From Candidatus Bathyarchaeia archaeon (GTDB lineage Archaea; Thermoproteota; Bathyarchaeia; Bathyarchaeales; Bathycorpusculaceae): a DNA stretch of 31,320 nt. Made by a program: the position numbers and the translations under genes. The notes under the pieces were generated by a model. It was not told the origin of the DNA and made no database searches. It saw nothing but the letters and a program-made list of their open reading frames with translations. The stretch's first letter is position 1; each line of letters starts with the position of its first letter. Location of the stretch: the NCBI GenBank assembly GCA_050010515.1, contig JBEKKX010000028.1, positions 1-31,320 on the forward strand, in the 5' to 3' direction. Positions 1 to 8,259 of the stretch are shown here, one piece after another.

Positions 1-57
1 TCCATATGTCCATAACCAGCATACAAGACTTGTTTGAAAAGTAGATAACTCAGCTCC

Positions 58-117
58 AGTCGGTTGACTCTTCTAAAGTTTTCTGTTTCTTGTCGGTTAG
101 TTGGTAGTCGGATGACT
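58..117. promoter_or_regulatory. Two AGTC-N4-GACT palindromes (58-69, 106-117), candidate operator sites
   Basis: agtcggttgact and agtcggatgact lie 48 bp apart, with a degenerate tgtcggttagtt at 91-102, directly upstream of the TATA boxes of the 186..2822 gene. Confidence 0.4.
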
Positions 118-125
118 TACTGGCA

Positions 126-166
126 CCCTTTATAAATAGTTTTGAACGATACCCCCTTTATAAATA
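126..166 (+). promoter_or_regulatory. Duplicated TATA-box-containing 13-mer upstream of the first PQQ-like gene
   Basis: ccctttataaata occurs at 126-138 and 154-166; TTTATAAA matches the archaeal TATA consensus; ATG at 186. Confidence 0.55.
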
Positions 167-185
167 AAATTGAAGGAAAATAAAA

Positions 186-2822
186 ATGCAAAAACTGAAA
201 AGTAAAACTATGGCTATTCTTATTGCAGCACTTTTAACATTTTCAATGACAGCTTCAATGACACTAATACCAAACGCTAACGCCCACACACCACCATTGA
301 AAATTCCAACGTATTCTTTCATCAGTGCTTCACCCAACCCCGCAGGTGTCAATCAAACTGTTTACGTTAATTATTGGATTGACAAGGTTCCGCCAACAGC
401 AGAGGGCATATGGGGTTATAGGTGGCACAATATGATGGTGACAGTTACGAAGCCCGACGGAACCACTGCAATTGTGTACACAGCGAATTCTGATGCCGCA
501 GGAGGAACATGGGGCTCGTATGTGCCCGACGAAGTTGGCAACTACACTTTCGTAGGTACATTCCCTGACCAAATCGTAACAGTCGAAAATCCCACTCCCT
601 ATCCCAAACTATACTACCCCTATACCACCAATAACATTGGAATGATGAACATCAACGATACTTATACAGCCAGCAGCGCAAAAATGACGCTTAATGTACA
701 AGAGAAACCAATTTACACAGCTTATCCAAGTACTCCGCTTCCCACCCAATACTGGACTACCCCCATAAACTCGATGAACACGGAATGGTACAATATCAGC
801 GGAAATTGGCTTGGCCTCGGAGTACCACCATCAAGCTATAATGGAGCGTACAGCAGTAATGGGAACTTCGATCCATACACAACGGCGCCAAACAGCGCCC
901 ATATTTTGTGGACAAAGCCACTTGCTTTCGGGGGCCAAATTGGAGGAGCATTTAACGATAGCGAAACTGGTGTTTACGCGACAGGTTCACCCTATGAAAG
1001 CAAATTTGGAGCAGTAATAATAGACGGCGTACTCTACTATACCGAATCTCCAGGGGCTGCTAACGACATAGGACCTTTAACAGCTGTAAACCTACACACT
1101 GGAGAAACACTGTGGACTGTACAAGCTAATGCAACCCTAAGGGGTGGTATGGTATACAACTTTATAACCGGCGACCAATACGGCGCACACGCTTATCTAT
1201 TCACCGCTCCTCCGGCAAATTATGGATCCGTATTGCCACTTCCTCCAACCAACCTATGGTCAATGTATGATGCTATGACGGGACAGTGGATACTGAACAT
1301 TGCCAACGTAACCGCTGGAACGCTAGTTACGGGTCCAAACGGTGAACTTTTAAGTTACCGTGTGGCTGGTGGTATGTTGAGTCTGTGGAACGCAAGCAAA
1401 TGCATCGCAGCAGCTTCCCAAAAGTATAACACCTATTACCAATATAGCAGTCAGGAGATCTGGCGTCCTCCACCAGGAGCAACTATTGACTGGAAGGGTG
1501 GATACGAATGGAGCGTACCCGTAGCTAGTAAGAGCGCGAGCGGCGCGCCTATAAGTCTGGGACTTGTAAAAGTTGACACCTCAGACGGTGTAGCACTTTT
1601 GGATTGTTCACCCCCATTGCCACCGCCTGGAGGTTCCCAGACGGGTTGGCGAATTGACGCAGGCTATAGTACAATTGACGGGCATCTTTTGTGGGGTCCA
1701 CTAAACAGAACATTAACACCATACACAAACGTAATTATATCATACGCATCGGCGGGAGAGGGAGTCTACGTTGAATACACTAATCAATTTGAGACTTGGA
1801 CCGGTTACAGCATTTTAACAGGAGCTAAACTTTGGGGACCAACCGTGCCCTATAACAATCCTTGGGGATATTACGATTGGTATGACAAGGGAGTTATCGG
1901 CTATGGCAACTTGTACACATGGAGTATGGACGGTCATGTCTATTGTTACGACGTTAAAACGGGTACTGAGAAATGGAATTGGACCGCTGGAAATGCTGGA
2001 GCCGACACTCCCTACGGTACATGGCCTCTTGGCACGCGACCGTATGAATATATTCTTGCGGACGGAAAGATTTACGTAGATGCAGGTCATGACTACACTC
2101 CACCCTTGTTCAAAGGTGCACAGATATACTGCCTAAATGCTACTACCGGAGAGCTAATTTGGAGCTCTTTGAGCTTTAATGTTGAGGCCTCGCCTGCTAT
2201 AGCCGATGGCATCATGCTTTGGGACAATGCCTATGATACTCAGCTATACGCTTACGGCATGGGACCAAGCGCTACCACTGTTACGGCACCTGACGTTGGC
2301 GTGACAACCGCCACACCAGTGACGATAACGGGTTCAGTGATGGACATCTCTGCCGGCTCACAACAAAACGCAGTAGCAATGAACTTCCCACATGGTCTTC
2401 CATGCGTATCTGATGCAAGCATGAGTCAGTGGATGGAATACGTTTACGAGCAGCAGCCAATGCCAACAAACGCGACCGGCGTCCAAGTTACCCTGACAGC
2501 CATTGACCCCAACCACAACTTTATCACCCTTGGTACAGCTACAACTGACACCAGCGGCAACTACGGCTTCATTTGGACTCCTCCACAAATCCCAGGAACC
2601 TACCATATCACAGCCACATTCAACGGAACCAATTCCTACTACAGCTCATCCGACACAACCTATATGAACGTGCAAGCATCGGCAACACCAGCGCCAACCG
2701 CTACACCTATAACAGGCCTAGCAACAATGTCAGCCCTAACTTATGGAATCGTTGCTGTAATAATCGTAATAATCATTGCAATCGCCATAGTCGGCTTACT
2801 CTTACTAAGAAAAAAGCCATAA
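186..2822 (+). CDS. Secreted, C-terminally membrane-anchored PQQ-binding-like beta-propeller protein (paralog 1)
   Basis: 878 aa; N-terminal signal peptide (MQKLKSK...ANA/H); tryptophan-docking repeats (AVNLHTGETLW, CYDVKTGTEKW, CLNATTGELIW); C-terminal Ig-like region, PT linker and TM helix followed by RKKP. Confidence 0.85.
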   Translation: MQKLKSKTMAILIAALLTFSMTASMTLIPNANAHTPPLKIPTYSFISASPNPAGVNQTVYVNYWIDKVPPTAEGIWGYRWHNMMVTVTKPDGTTAIVYTANSDAAGGTWGSYVPDEVGNYTFVGTFPDQIVTVENPTPYPKLYYPYTTNNIGMMNINDTYTASSAKMTLNVQEKPIYTAYPSTPLPTQYWTTPINSMNTEWYNISGNWLGLGVPPSSYNGAYSSNGNFDPYTTAPNSAHILWTKPLAFGGQIGGAFNDSETGVYATGSPYESKFGAVIIDGVLYYTESPGAANDIGPLTAVNLHTGETLWTVQANATLRGGMVYNFITGDQYGAHAYLFTAPPANYGSVLPLPPTNLWSMYDAMTGQWILNIANVTAGTLVTGPNGELLSYRVAGGMLSLWNASKCIAAASQKYNTYYQYSSQEIWRPPPGATIDWKGGYEWSVPVASKSASGAPISLGLVKVDTSDGVALLDCSPPLPPPGGSQTGWRIDAGYSTIDGHLLWGPLNRTLTPYTNVIISYASAGEGVYVEYTNQFETWTGYSILTGAKLWGPTVPYNNPWGYYDWYDKGVIGYGNLYTWSMDGHVYCYDVKTGTEKWNWTAGNAGADTPYGTWPLGTRPYEYILADGKIYVDAGHDYTPPLFKGAQIYCLNATTGELIWSSLSFNVEASPAIADGIMLWDNAYDTQLYAYGMGPSATTVTAPDVGVTTATPVTITGSVMDISAGSQQNAVAMNFPHGLPCVSDASMSQWMEYVYEQQPMPTNATGVQVTLTAIDPNHNFITLGTATTDTSGNYGFIWTPPQIPGTYHITATFNGTNSYYSSSDTTYMNVQASATPAPTATPITGLATMSALTYGIVAVIIVIIIAIAIVGLLLLRKKP
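2682..2791 (+). repeat. 110-bp tract nearly identical to 7951-8060 (linker and TM anchor coding region)
   Basis: Manual alignment gives 108/110 identical; both differences are synonymous. Confidence 0.9.
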
Positions 2823-2850
2823 AAACAAAACAATAAAACAACCACAATCT

Positions 2851-2866
2851 CTCTTTCCCCTTTTTT
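2851..2866 (+). terminator. Pyrimidine-rich/oligo-T archaeal terminator candidate
   Basis: ctctttcccctttttt about 30 nt after the stop codon; similar motifs at 8111-8127 and on the minus strand at 21324-21345. Confidence 0.5.
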
Positions 2867-3002
2867 AGTCTTTAGAAAGCAATGGAGAAAAAGGATAAGG
2901 GCTGAGAAGGCTCTGGTCAAATTCACGATGTTAGCCATAGCAATCGTGATAGCTTTTGCATTCTTTTCTCCTAAAGAGTGTTCCAGAGCCTCAGCAAACC
3001 CT
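2867..3002 (+). ncRNA. Putative structured RNA element, copy 1 (BHB-like closing stem, anti-RBS loop)
   Basis: Arms conserved with copy 2 (59/60 and 48/48 nt); inverted repeat aggg-ctga-gaa-ggctctgg (2898-2916) / ccagagcc-tcag-caaa-ccct (2983-3002); second pairing ggagaaaa (2884-2891) / ttttctcc (2964-2971). Strand inferred from BHB geometry. Confidence 0.55.
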
Positions 3003-3039
3003 CTCTGTACAAAGAAGAAAGTAGGCCGTCCAATTTAGA

Positions 3040-4023
3040 TCAGAATGTGGATATATATTGTTGTGGCGTTGGCCATCTGTCCGGGATTTTCCTTGAGCTA
3101 GCTTCAACTTTTGTTATACCACAGATTCTGGCGATTTGATCTTGGATGGCGAATGCTTGCGCAATGTCTCTTATCATAGCTGTTAATTGTAGATCATAAT
3201 CGCCGCTAGTTTTTGTAATTATAATTACATCGGGTATTTTCGCAAGTGACTCAACTATTGGCTCCGACAAGCCGCCGGGAGTGGTAAAAGCTATGTTGAA
3301 ATCTAATATCGAGGTGTATCCAATTTTATTTGGGTTTATTTGGATTGAAACCTTTATTGCGCCCTTTTCCGTGAGCTTGTGATATCTTTTTACGACTGTG
3401 TCAGTTGATAATCCTATTTCTTTTGCAATTTTAGTAAACGAGGCGCGTCCGTCCAACGTAAGTTTTCCTACTATTTGCTTGTCCAACTCATCAATTATGA
3501 TTCTATCACCCAGTGTACGGATTGCTTTGATTGAATTCCGTTGATTGCTTTCGCTGGTATCTTTCAGAGTGCCTGTCAGGTTCAAGTTTTCAGGAATGTT
3601 TCTAACGCCAGTCCAGATGTAAGTTTTTAATCCCATAGTAGGCAGCTTTCGCTTAATTACCTGCTTCACATGATCCAATTCATTTAGGTCCCTTAAAGTT
3701 GCAACTGCTCTAACATTGTAAACACTGTTATACTGCCGGTAAGCACGCGCCTCAGTTATTTTCCCTATAAATTCCATAACCTGTTCCATTTGCTGAGCCT
3801 CAACACTTATGAGCAGAGTTGCAAGTGCTTCATAACCGAAATGACCAAAATTCATCTGAGTTGTTGCTCCTTTAATTATGCCTCTTTTTTCCATCGCCCT
3901 GCAGCGTTTCCAAACTTTGTTTTTTGATACTCCACATTGTTTTGCTATTTCATAATAGCCGGTCCGACCATCTTGTAGCAGATTTTTAAGTATTTTTGAG
4001 TCAAGCTCATTGATTTTAGGCAC
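3040..4023 (-). CDS. Lrp/AsnC family transcriptional regulator with two HTH+RAM units
   Basis: 327 aa, GTG start; ELDSKILKNLLQDGR...EIAKQCGVS and DELDKQIVGKLTLDGRASFTKIAKEIGLS HTH motifs; TSGDYDL RAM motif. Confidence 0.9.
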   Translation of the reverse strand: MPKINELDSKILKNLLQDGRTGYYEIAKQCGVSKNKVWKRCRAMEKRGIIKGATTQMNFGHFGYEALATLLISVEAQQMEQVMEFIGKITEARAYRQYNSVYNVRAVATLRDLNELDHVKQVIKRKLPTMGLKTYIWTGVRNIPENLNLTGTLKDTSESNQRNSIKAIRTLGDRIIIDELDKQIVGKLTLDGRASFTKIAKEIGLSTDTVVKRYHKLTEKGAIKVSIQINPNKIGYTSILDFNIAFTTPGGLSEPIVESLAKIPDVIIITKTSGDYDLQLTAMIRDIAQAFAIQDQIARICGITKVEASSRKIPDRWPTPQQYISTF

Positions 4024-4151
4024 GCAGTTTTCCCTTATGTAAAGCCTGTGTGAATTTTTGAGATTTAAAATTTCTTGTTTTCTCGAAACATTTTAGCTAA
4101 AAATGCAAATTTATTTAATTTTTGGCTAATTTGACGACCAGATAGCTTTGT

Positions 4152-5162
4152 TTAAAAAGTCGATATATATTGGCGCGGCGTTGGCCATTTGCCTCGTACT
4201 CTCACTACCTCCATATCAATTTTCAATATTCCTCGAATTTTTCCAAGCTCTTCTTGAATTGAAAGCAACTGCTCTACATCCTGTACCATTGCCCATATTT
4301 GCAAATCGTAGTCTCCTGTTGTTTTCATGATGCTTATGATGTCAGGTATCTTGCTGATTTTCTCAATAATTAATAATGAATTTTCGTGCGAGGTGATAGT
4401 GAAAAAAAGGCATAAAGCTTGATAGCCAATTTTAATAGGGTTAATTTGAATTGTGACTTTTAATACACCGTTTTTCTTTAGTTTTTCGTATCTCCTTTTA
4501 GCAATATCAGATGAGATTCCTATTTCTCTACTGAGTGTCTCCATGGACAGCCGTCCGTTCTCAGAGAGTTTATCCGCTATTTTTTGATCAATCTGATCGA
4601 TAACCATGGTTTGAGGATTGCTTTTTTTCTGAGTCTTCGTCTGATAATTGATTGTTTCCACAACATTTTTCCTGTTATCAGGAATTATTGCCAAGTTATC
4701 GTTCATTTCTTTTACATCTGTCCAGATTGCAGTTTTCATTTCTAAGACCGAAAAATGCCTTTTGATGGCATCTTTGATCTCGTTCAATTGTTCAAGCGTT
4801 TTAAGGGTTGTAATAACATCTATGTTCCCTTTGACTCCCCTTTTATAGAAGGAATAAACCTCTGGCATTTTTTGCAAGTATTCGATAAACTGATCTTCTT
4901 GCCGTGAGTCAACATTGATTAGGAGGTGTGCTACCGCTTTGTAACCAAAGCTTTTATAATTAATATGTATTGTCGCTCCTGTAATTATGCCAGCTTGTTC
5001 CATTTGGCCACGATTTTTCTTAACAATTTCTTTGGTCAAGCCTATTTTTTTCGCAATTTCACTATCACTTTTGCGACCATCCGCTATTAACTCTTTGAGA
5101 ATTTTTGCCTGAACTGCGCTAACTTGCTCGGTTAAGACTACTATCCCTCTTTTGACGTTCAT
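4152..5162 (-). CDS. Lrp/AsnC family transcriptional regulator with two HTH+RAM units (paralog)
   Basis: 336 aa; KILKELIADGRKSDSEIAKKIGL and DQIDQKIADKLSENGR HTHs; TTGDYDL; shares C-terminus WPTPxQYISTF with its neighbour; exact start uncertain. Confidence 0.9.
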   Translation of the reverse strand: MNVKRGIVVLTEQVSAVQAKILKELIADGRKSDSEIAKKIGLTKEIVKKNRGQMEQAGIITGATIHINYKSFGYKAVAHLLINVDSRQEDQFIEYLQKMPEVYSFYKRGVKGNIDVITTLKTLEQLNEIKDAIKRHFSVLEMKTAIWTDVKEMNDNLAIIPDNRKNVVETINYQTKTQKKSNPQTMVIDQIDQKIADKLSENGRLSMETLSREIGISSDIAKRRYEKLKKNGVLKVTIQINPIKIGYQALCLFFTITSHENSLLIIEKISKIPDIISIMKTTGDYDLQIWAMVQDVEQLLSIQEELGKIRGILKIDMEVVRVRGKWPTPRQYISTF

Positions 5163-5327
5163 GGTACTTTTTCATCATATTTAAATTCATCGCACATGTT
5201 ACTTTTTCAGTTCTATTCGTTTTTATATTTATTTAGATTTTTGTTCTTCCGACTTTAAAGCTTATATTATTGCCTTTTATTGTAGAAAATGGCGATTTTA
5301 TTCGGCATTTTTGTTAATTTTCCAAAG

Positions 5328-5377
5328 TTTTAAATATGAAACAACAGGAAGACCTTGATTACCGAAAAAGGAGAAAA
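5328..5377 (+). promoter_or_regulatory. TATA box and Shine-Dalgarno-like site of the second PQQ-like gene
   Basis: ttttaaata at 5328-5336; aggag at 5369-5373 before the ATG at 5386. Confidence 0.5.
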
Positions 5378-5385
5378 AAAGAAAA

Positions 5386-8091
5386 ATGACAAATAAACTA
5401 ATGGGAATTTCTAAAAACAAAATACGAGCTATTGCGATCGCTATATTCTTTATGTTTTCAATGACAGCTTCAATGATGCTAGTGCCAACTACTAGTGCAC
5501 ATTCGCCAGCATGGAAAATTCCAACATATGCTTACATTAACGTTTCACCTAACCCAGTAGGTACCGGTCAATCAGTGGAAGTTATCATGTGGCTTAACTT
5601 GGTAATAGATGGAGCAGCAATACCCAATGATGTTCGATGGCATAACTACAGTCTCACCATTACTGCGCCTGACGGCACAAAAACAACAACGAGTTGGGCT
5701 GTTGTCCAAGATTCAACAGGAAATCAGGACTATTTCTTCACACCAACCCAAGTAGGCACGTACACATTTACCTTCACTTTCCCAGGACAACAGTACACTT
5801 ACACTGAGCCAGTTTTATCCTTCATCTACTTTACTTATGGAGAAAGCCCATACTATGGCGATACTTATGAAGCCAGCACTGCGTCAACAAATCTCACTGT
5901 GCAAAGCTCACCAGTAGCCGCAATTCCAGCAACTCCGCTTCCGACTGCATACTGGACACGACCAATATACGGTGAGAACTCTAACTGGTACACGATTTCA
6001 TCAAACTGGTTAGGTGACGGCGCACCAGGATATTATGGGTTCGCTAATACATACAATTTGGGAGGCAACGGTGAACAATTAGCAGGAGCAGGAGACCTAG
6101 TAGGTTCTCTTACCAGCCACGTTATGTGGACTAAGCCCCTGCAAATGGGCGGCATTGTCGGAGGAAACCAAACTGCAATCCAAGGAGACTCATTCTTCGA
6201 GGGTTCCGCGTACAATCAGAGATACAACAATCCGATAATTGTTGGCGGATTTTTGTACTACACTGAACCTATATCATTCGCAGGTGTTCCTGGTTCAATG
6301 ACTGGTAGTGCTTATGGACCAACCGACTGCGTCAACCTGCAAACAGGGCAACTTGTTTGGTCTCGCAGCGACGTACCTGCACTGTCATTCGCCTACATTT
6401 ATGACGTTCAAGACTCTAACCAACACGGAGTTTACCCGCCAATACTCTTCACGTCAAATTGGGAGGCTTTTGATGCATACACAGGAGATCCAATGTTTAC
6501 CGTAACTAATGTTCCCTCAGGCACAACAATACTCGGTTCAAATGGCGAACACCTAATAATAAGCATGGTAAACTATGGTCCAGTCAACGAATATGGTGCT
6601 CCTACAGGTCCTCCAAAATACTATCTGCAAGAGTGGAACTCATCTCGACTGTGGACTGGTCAATACAATGGTGAATCAACATCGCCCGCTGTAGTTCCTC
6701 CATATCTTAACGGAGCCAATCCAGTCATGCTAGACTGGAACGTTTCCGTGCCGTACCTGAACACTGCGGGGTCTACCACCGAAGTAGGAGCAATCAATAA
6801 TGATCTGCTGCTTTGTTACAACGGTAGTCTACCTGCAATTGGCGCCGTGTTCATGGGTTTACCAAGCTGGACTCCCTACGAGTACTTCGCAGTCAACATT
6901 GACCAAAGTAGCGGCAGTCTCGGTTCGATACTATGGCACCAGACCTATAACCCGCCAGCAGGAAATATCACTGTCCTAGAGGCCGGAATTGACCCAGTAA
7001 ACCGTGTCTTCGTCGAAAACTACAGGGAAACTGCGCAATATGTAGGCTACAGCTTGGATACAGGTCTGAAGCTCTGGGGTCCAACTACACCGCAAGCATA
7101 CCTTGATTACTATGGCAGCCCAGCATCCGGCAGCTTGGCAAATGCGTTTGCTTATGGTAAAATGTACAGTAGCGCATACGCAGGAATAGTCTATTGCTAC
7201 GACACAAAGACTGGCGACTTACTATGGACCTACGGCAATGGCGGCGAAGGCAACAGCACAAATTCTGGTGTTGAAACTCCATTCAGCCACTATCCAACCT
7301 TCGTTAACGCTATCGGCAACGGAGTAGTATATACTGTTACCACTGAACATACCCCTGAAACACCACTTTTCAAGGGTGGATTAGCACGCGCTATTAACGC
7401 TACAACTGGAGCAGAAATCTGGACAATCTCAGAGTATACTGGTGAATTCGAGAGTTTCAGTTACGCTATGGCAGACGGCTACAATACATGGTTCAACGGT
7501 TATGACAACCAAATCTACGTTGTAGGCAGAGGACCAAGCGCTACCACAGTTACCGCACCTAACATTGGCGTGACAACCGCCACACCAATAACGATAACAG
7601 GTACAGTAATGGATGTTTCCACGGGCACACAACAAACAGAGCAGAAAGGAGACTTTCCGAATGGTGTTCCAGTTGCATCTGATGCAAGCATGACTCAGTG
7701 GATGGGCTACGTTTACCAGCAACAACCAGAACCAACCAACTTCAAAGGCGTTCCAGTACAAATCGCGGTCTTAGACTCTAACGGAAACCACTATCCAATC
7801 GGCACTGCCACAACTGATGAATATGGCACTTACAGCCTTACATGGACACCTATCATTTCAGGCAACTACACTGTTTACGCTACTTTCGCTGGCACCAACG
7901 GTTACTGGCCATCATCTGCAGACACACACATCTATGCTAGCGCGCCACCAGCAACACCAGCGCCAACCGCTACACCTATAACAGGCCTAGCAACAATGTC
8001 AGCTCTAACTTATGGAATCGTTGCTGTAATAATCGTAATAATCATTGCAATAGCCATAGTTGGATTGTTAATACTCAGGAAACACGCATAG
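5386..8091 (+). CDS. Secreted, C-terminally membrane-anchored PQQ-binding-like beta-propeller protein (paralog 2)
   Basis: 901 aa; signal peptide; CVNLQTGQLVW, CYDTKTGDLLW, AINATTGAEIW repeats; same domain order and C-terminal anchor as 186..2822. Confidence 0.85.
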   Translation: MTNKLMGISKNKIRAIAIAIFFMFSMTASMMLVPTTSAHSPAWKIPTYAYINVSPNPVGTGQSVEVIMWLNLVIDGAAIPNDVRWHNYSLTITAPDGTKTTTSWAVVQDSTGNQDYFFTPTQVGTYTFTFTFPGQQYTYTEPVLSFIYFTYGESPYYGDTYEASTASTNLTVQSSPVAAIPATPLPTAYWTRPIYGENSNWYTISSNWLGDGAPGYYGFANTYNLGGNGEQLAGAGDLVGSLTSHVMWTKPLQMGGIVGGNQTAIQGDSFFEGSAYNQRYNNPIIVGGFLYYTEPISFAGVPGSMTGSAYGPTDCVNLQTGQLVWSRSDVPALSFAYIYDVQDSNQHGVYPPILFTSNWEAFDAYTGDPMFTVTNVPSGTTILGSNGEHLIISMVNYGPVNEYGAPTGPPKYYLQEWNSSRLWTGQYNGESTSPAVVPPYLNGANPVMLDWNVSVPYLNTAGSTTEVGAINNDLLLCYNGSLPAIGAVFMGLPSWTPYEYFAVNIDQSSGSLGSILWHQTYNPPAGNITVLEAGIDPVNRVFVENYRETAQYVGYSLDTGLKLWGPTTPQAYLDYYGSPASGSLANAFAYGKMYSSAYAGIVYCYDTKTGDLLWTYGNGGEGNSTNSGVETPFSHYPTFVNAIGNGVVYTVTTEHTPETPLFKGGLARAINATTGAEIWTISEYTGEFESFSYAMADGYNTWFNGYDNQIYVVGRGPSATTVTAPNIGVTTATPITITGTVMDVSTGTQQTEQKGDFPNGVPVASDASMTQWMGYVYQQQPEPTNFKGVPVQIAVLDSNGNHYPIGTATTDEYGTYSLTWTPIISGNYTVYATFAGTNGYWPSSADTHIYASAPPATPAPTATPITGLATMSALTYGIVAVIIVIIIAIAIVGLLILRKHA
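7951..8060 (+). repeat. 110-bp tract nearly identical to 2682-2791
   Basis: 108/110 identical by manual alignment. Confidence 0.9.
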
Positions 8092-8110
8092 AAACAGCAC
8101 AACCAAAAAT

Positions 8111-8127
8111 CCACTTCCCCCTTTTTT
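8111..8127 (+). terminator. Pyrimidine-rich/oligo-T terminator candidate
   Basis: ccacttccccctttttt about 20 nt after the stop of 5386..8091. Confidence 0.5.
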
Positions 8128-8259
8128 AGTCTCTAGAAAGCAATGGAGAAAAAGGATAAGGGCTGAGAAGGCTCTGGTCAAATTCACAAGAAACAGTAGC
8201 CATTAGCAAGCTTTGCATTCTTTTCTCCTAAAGAGTGTTCCAGAGCCTCAGCAAACCCT
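8128..8259 (+). ncRNA. Putative structured RNA element, copy 2
   Basis: Same arms as 2867-3002 with a different 24-nt core (8188-8211). Confidence 0.55.

Noticed and set aside
1-13. Possible minus-strand gene start (ATG GAC ATA TGG) at the window edge
   Set aside because: Too little sequence to support
2741-2961. Minus-strand RBS+ATG mini-ORFs within the repeated element (MQKLSRLLWLTS; 65-aa ORF 2741..2938)
   Set aside because: The reading frame is not conserved in copy 2 (indels in the core), so a peptide or type I toxin product is unsupported
186-8091. Diversity-generating retroelement TR/VR pair
   Set aside because: The near-identical tracts differ at only a few synonymous sites without adenine-specific bias, and no reverse transcriptase is present in the window
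2867-8259. Element as CRISPR repeat-spacer unit, tRNA, or C/D box sRNA
   Set aside because: Only two dispersed copies whose arms are not direct repeats of each other; no cloverleaf; CUGA is present but there is no RUGAUGA box C; no cas genes in the window
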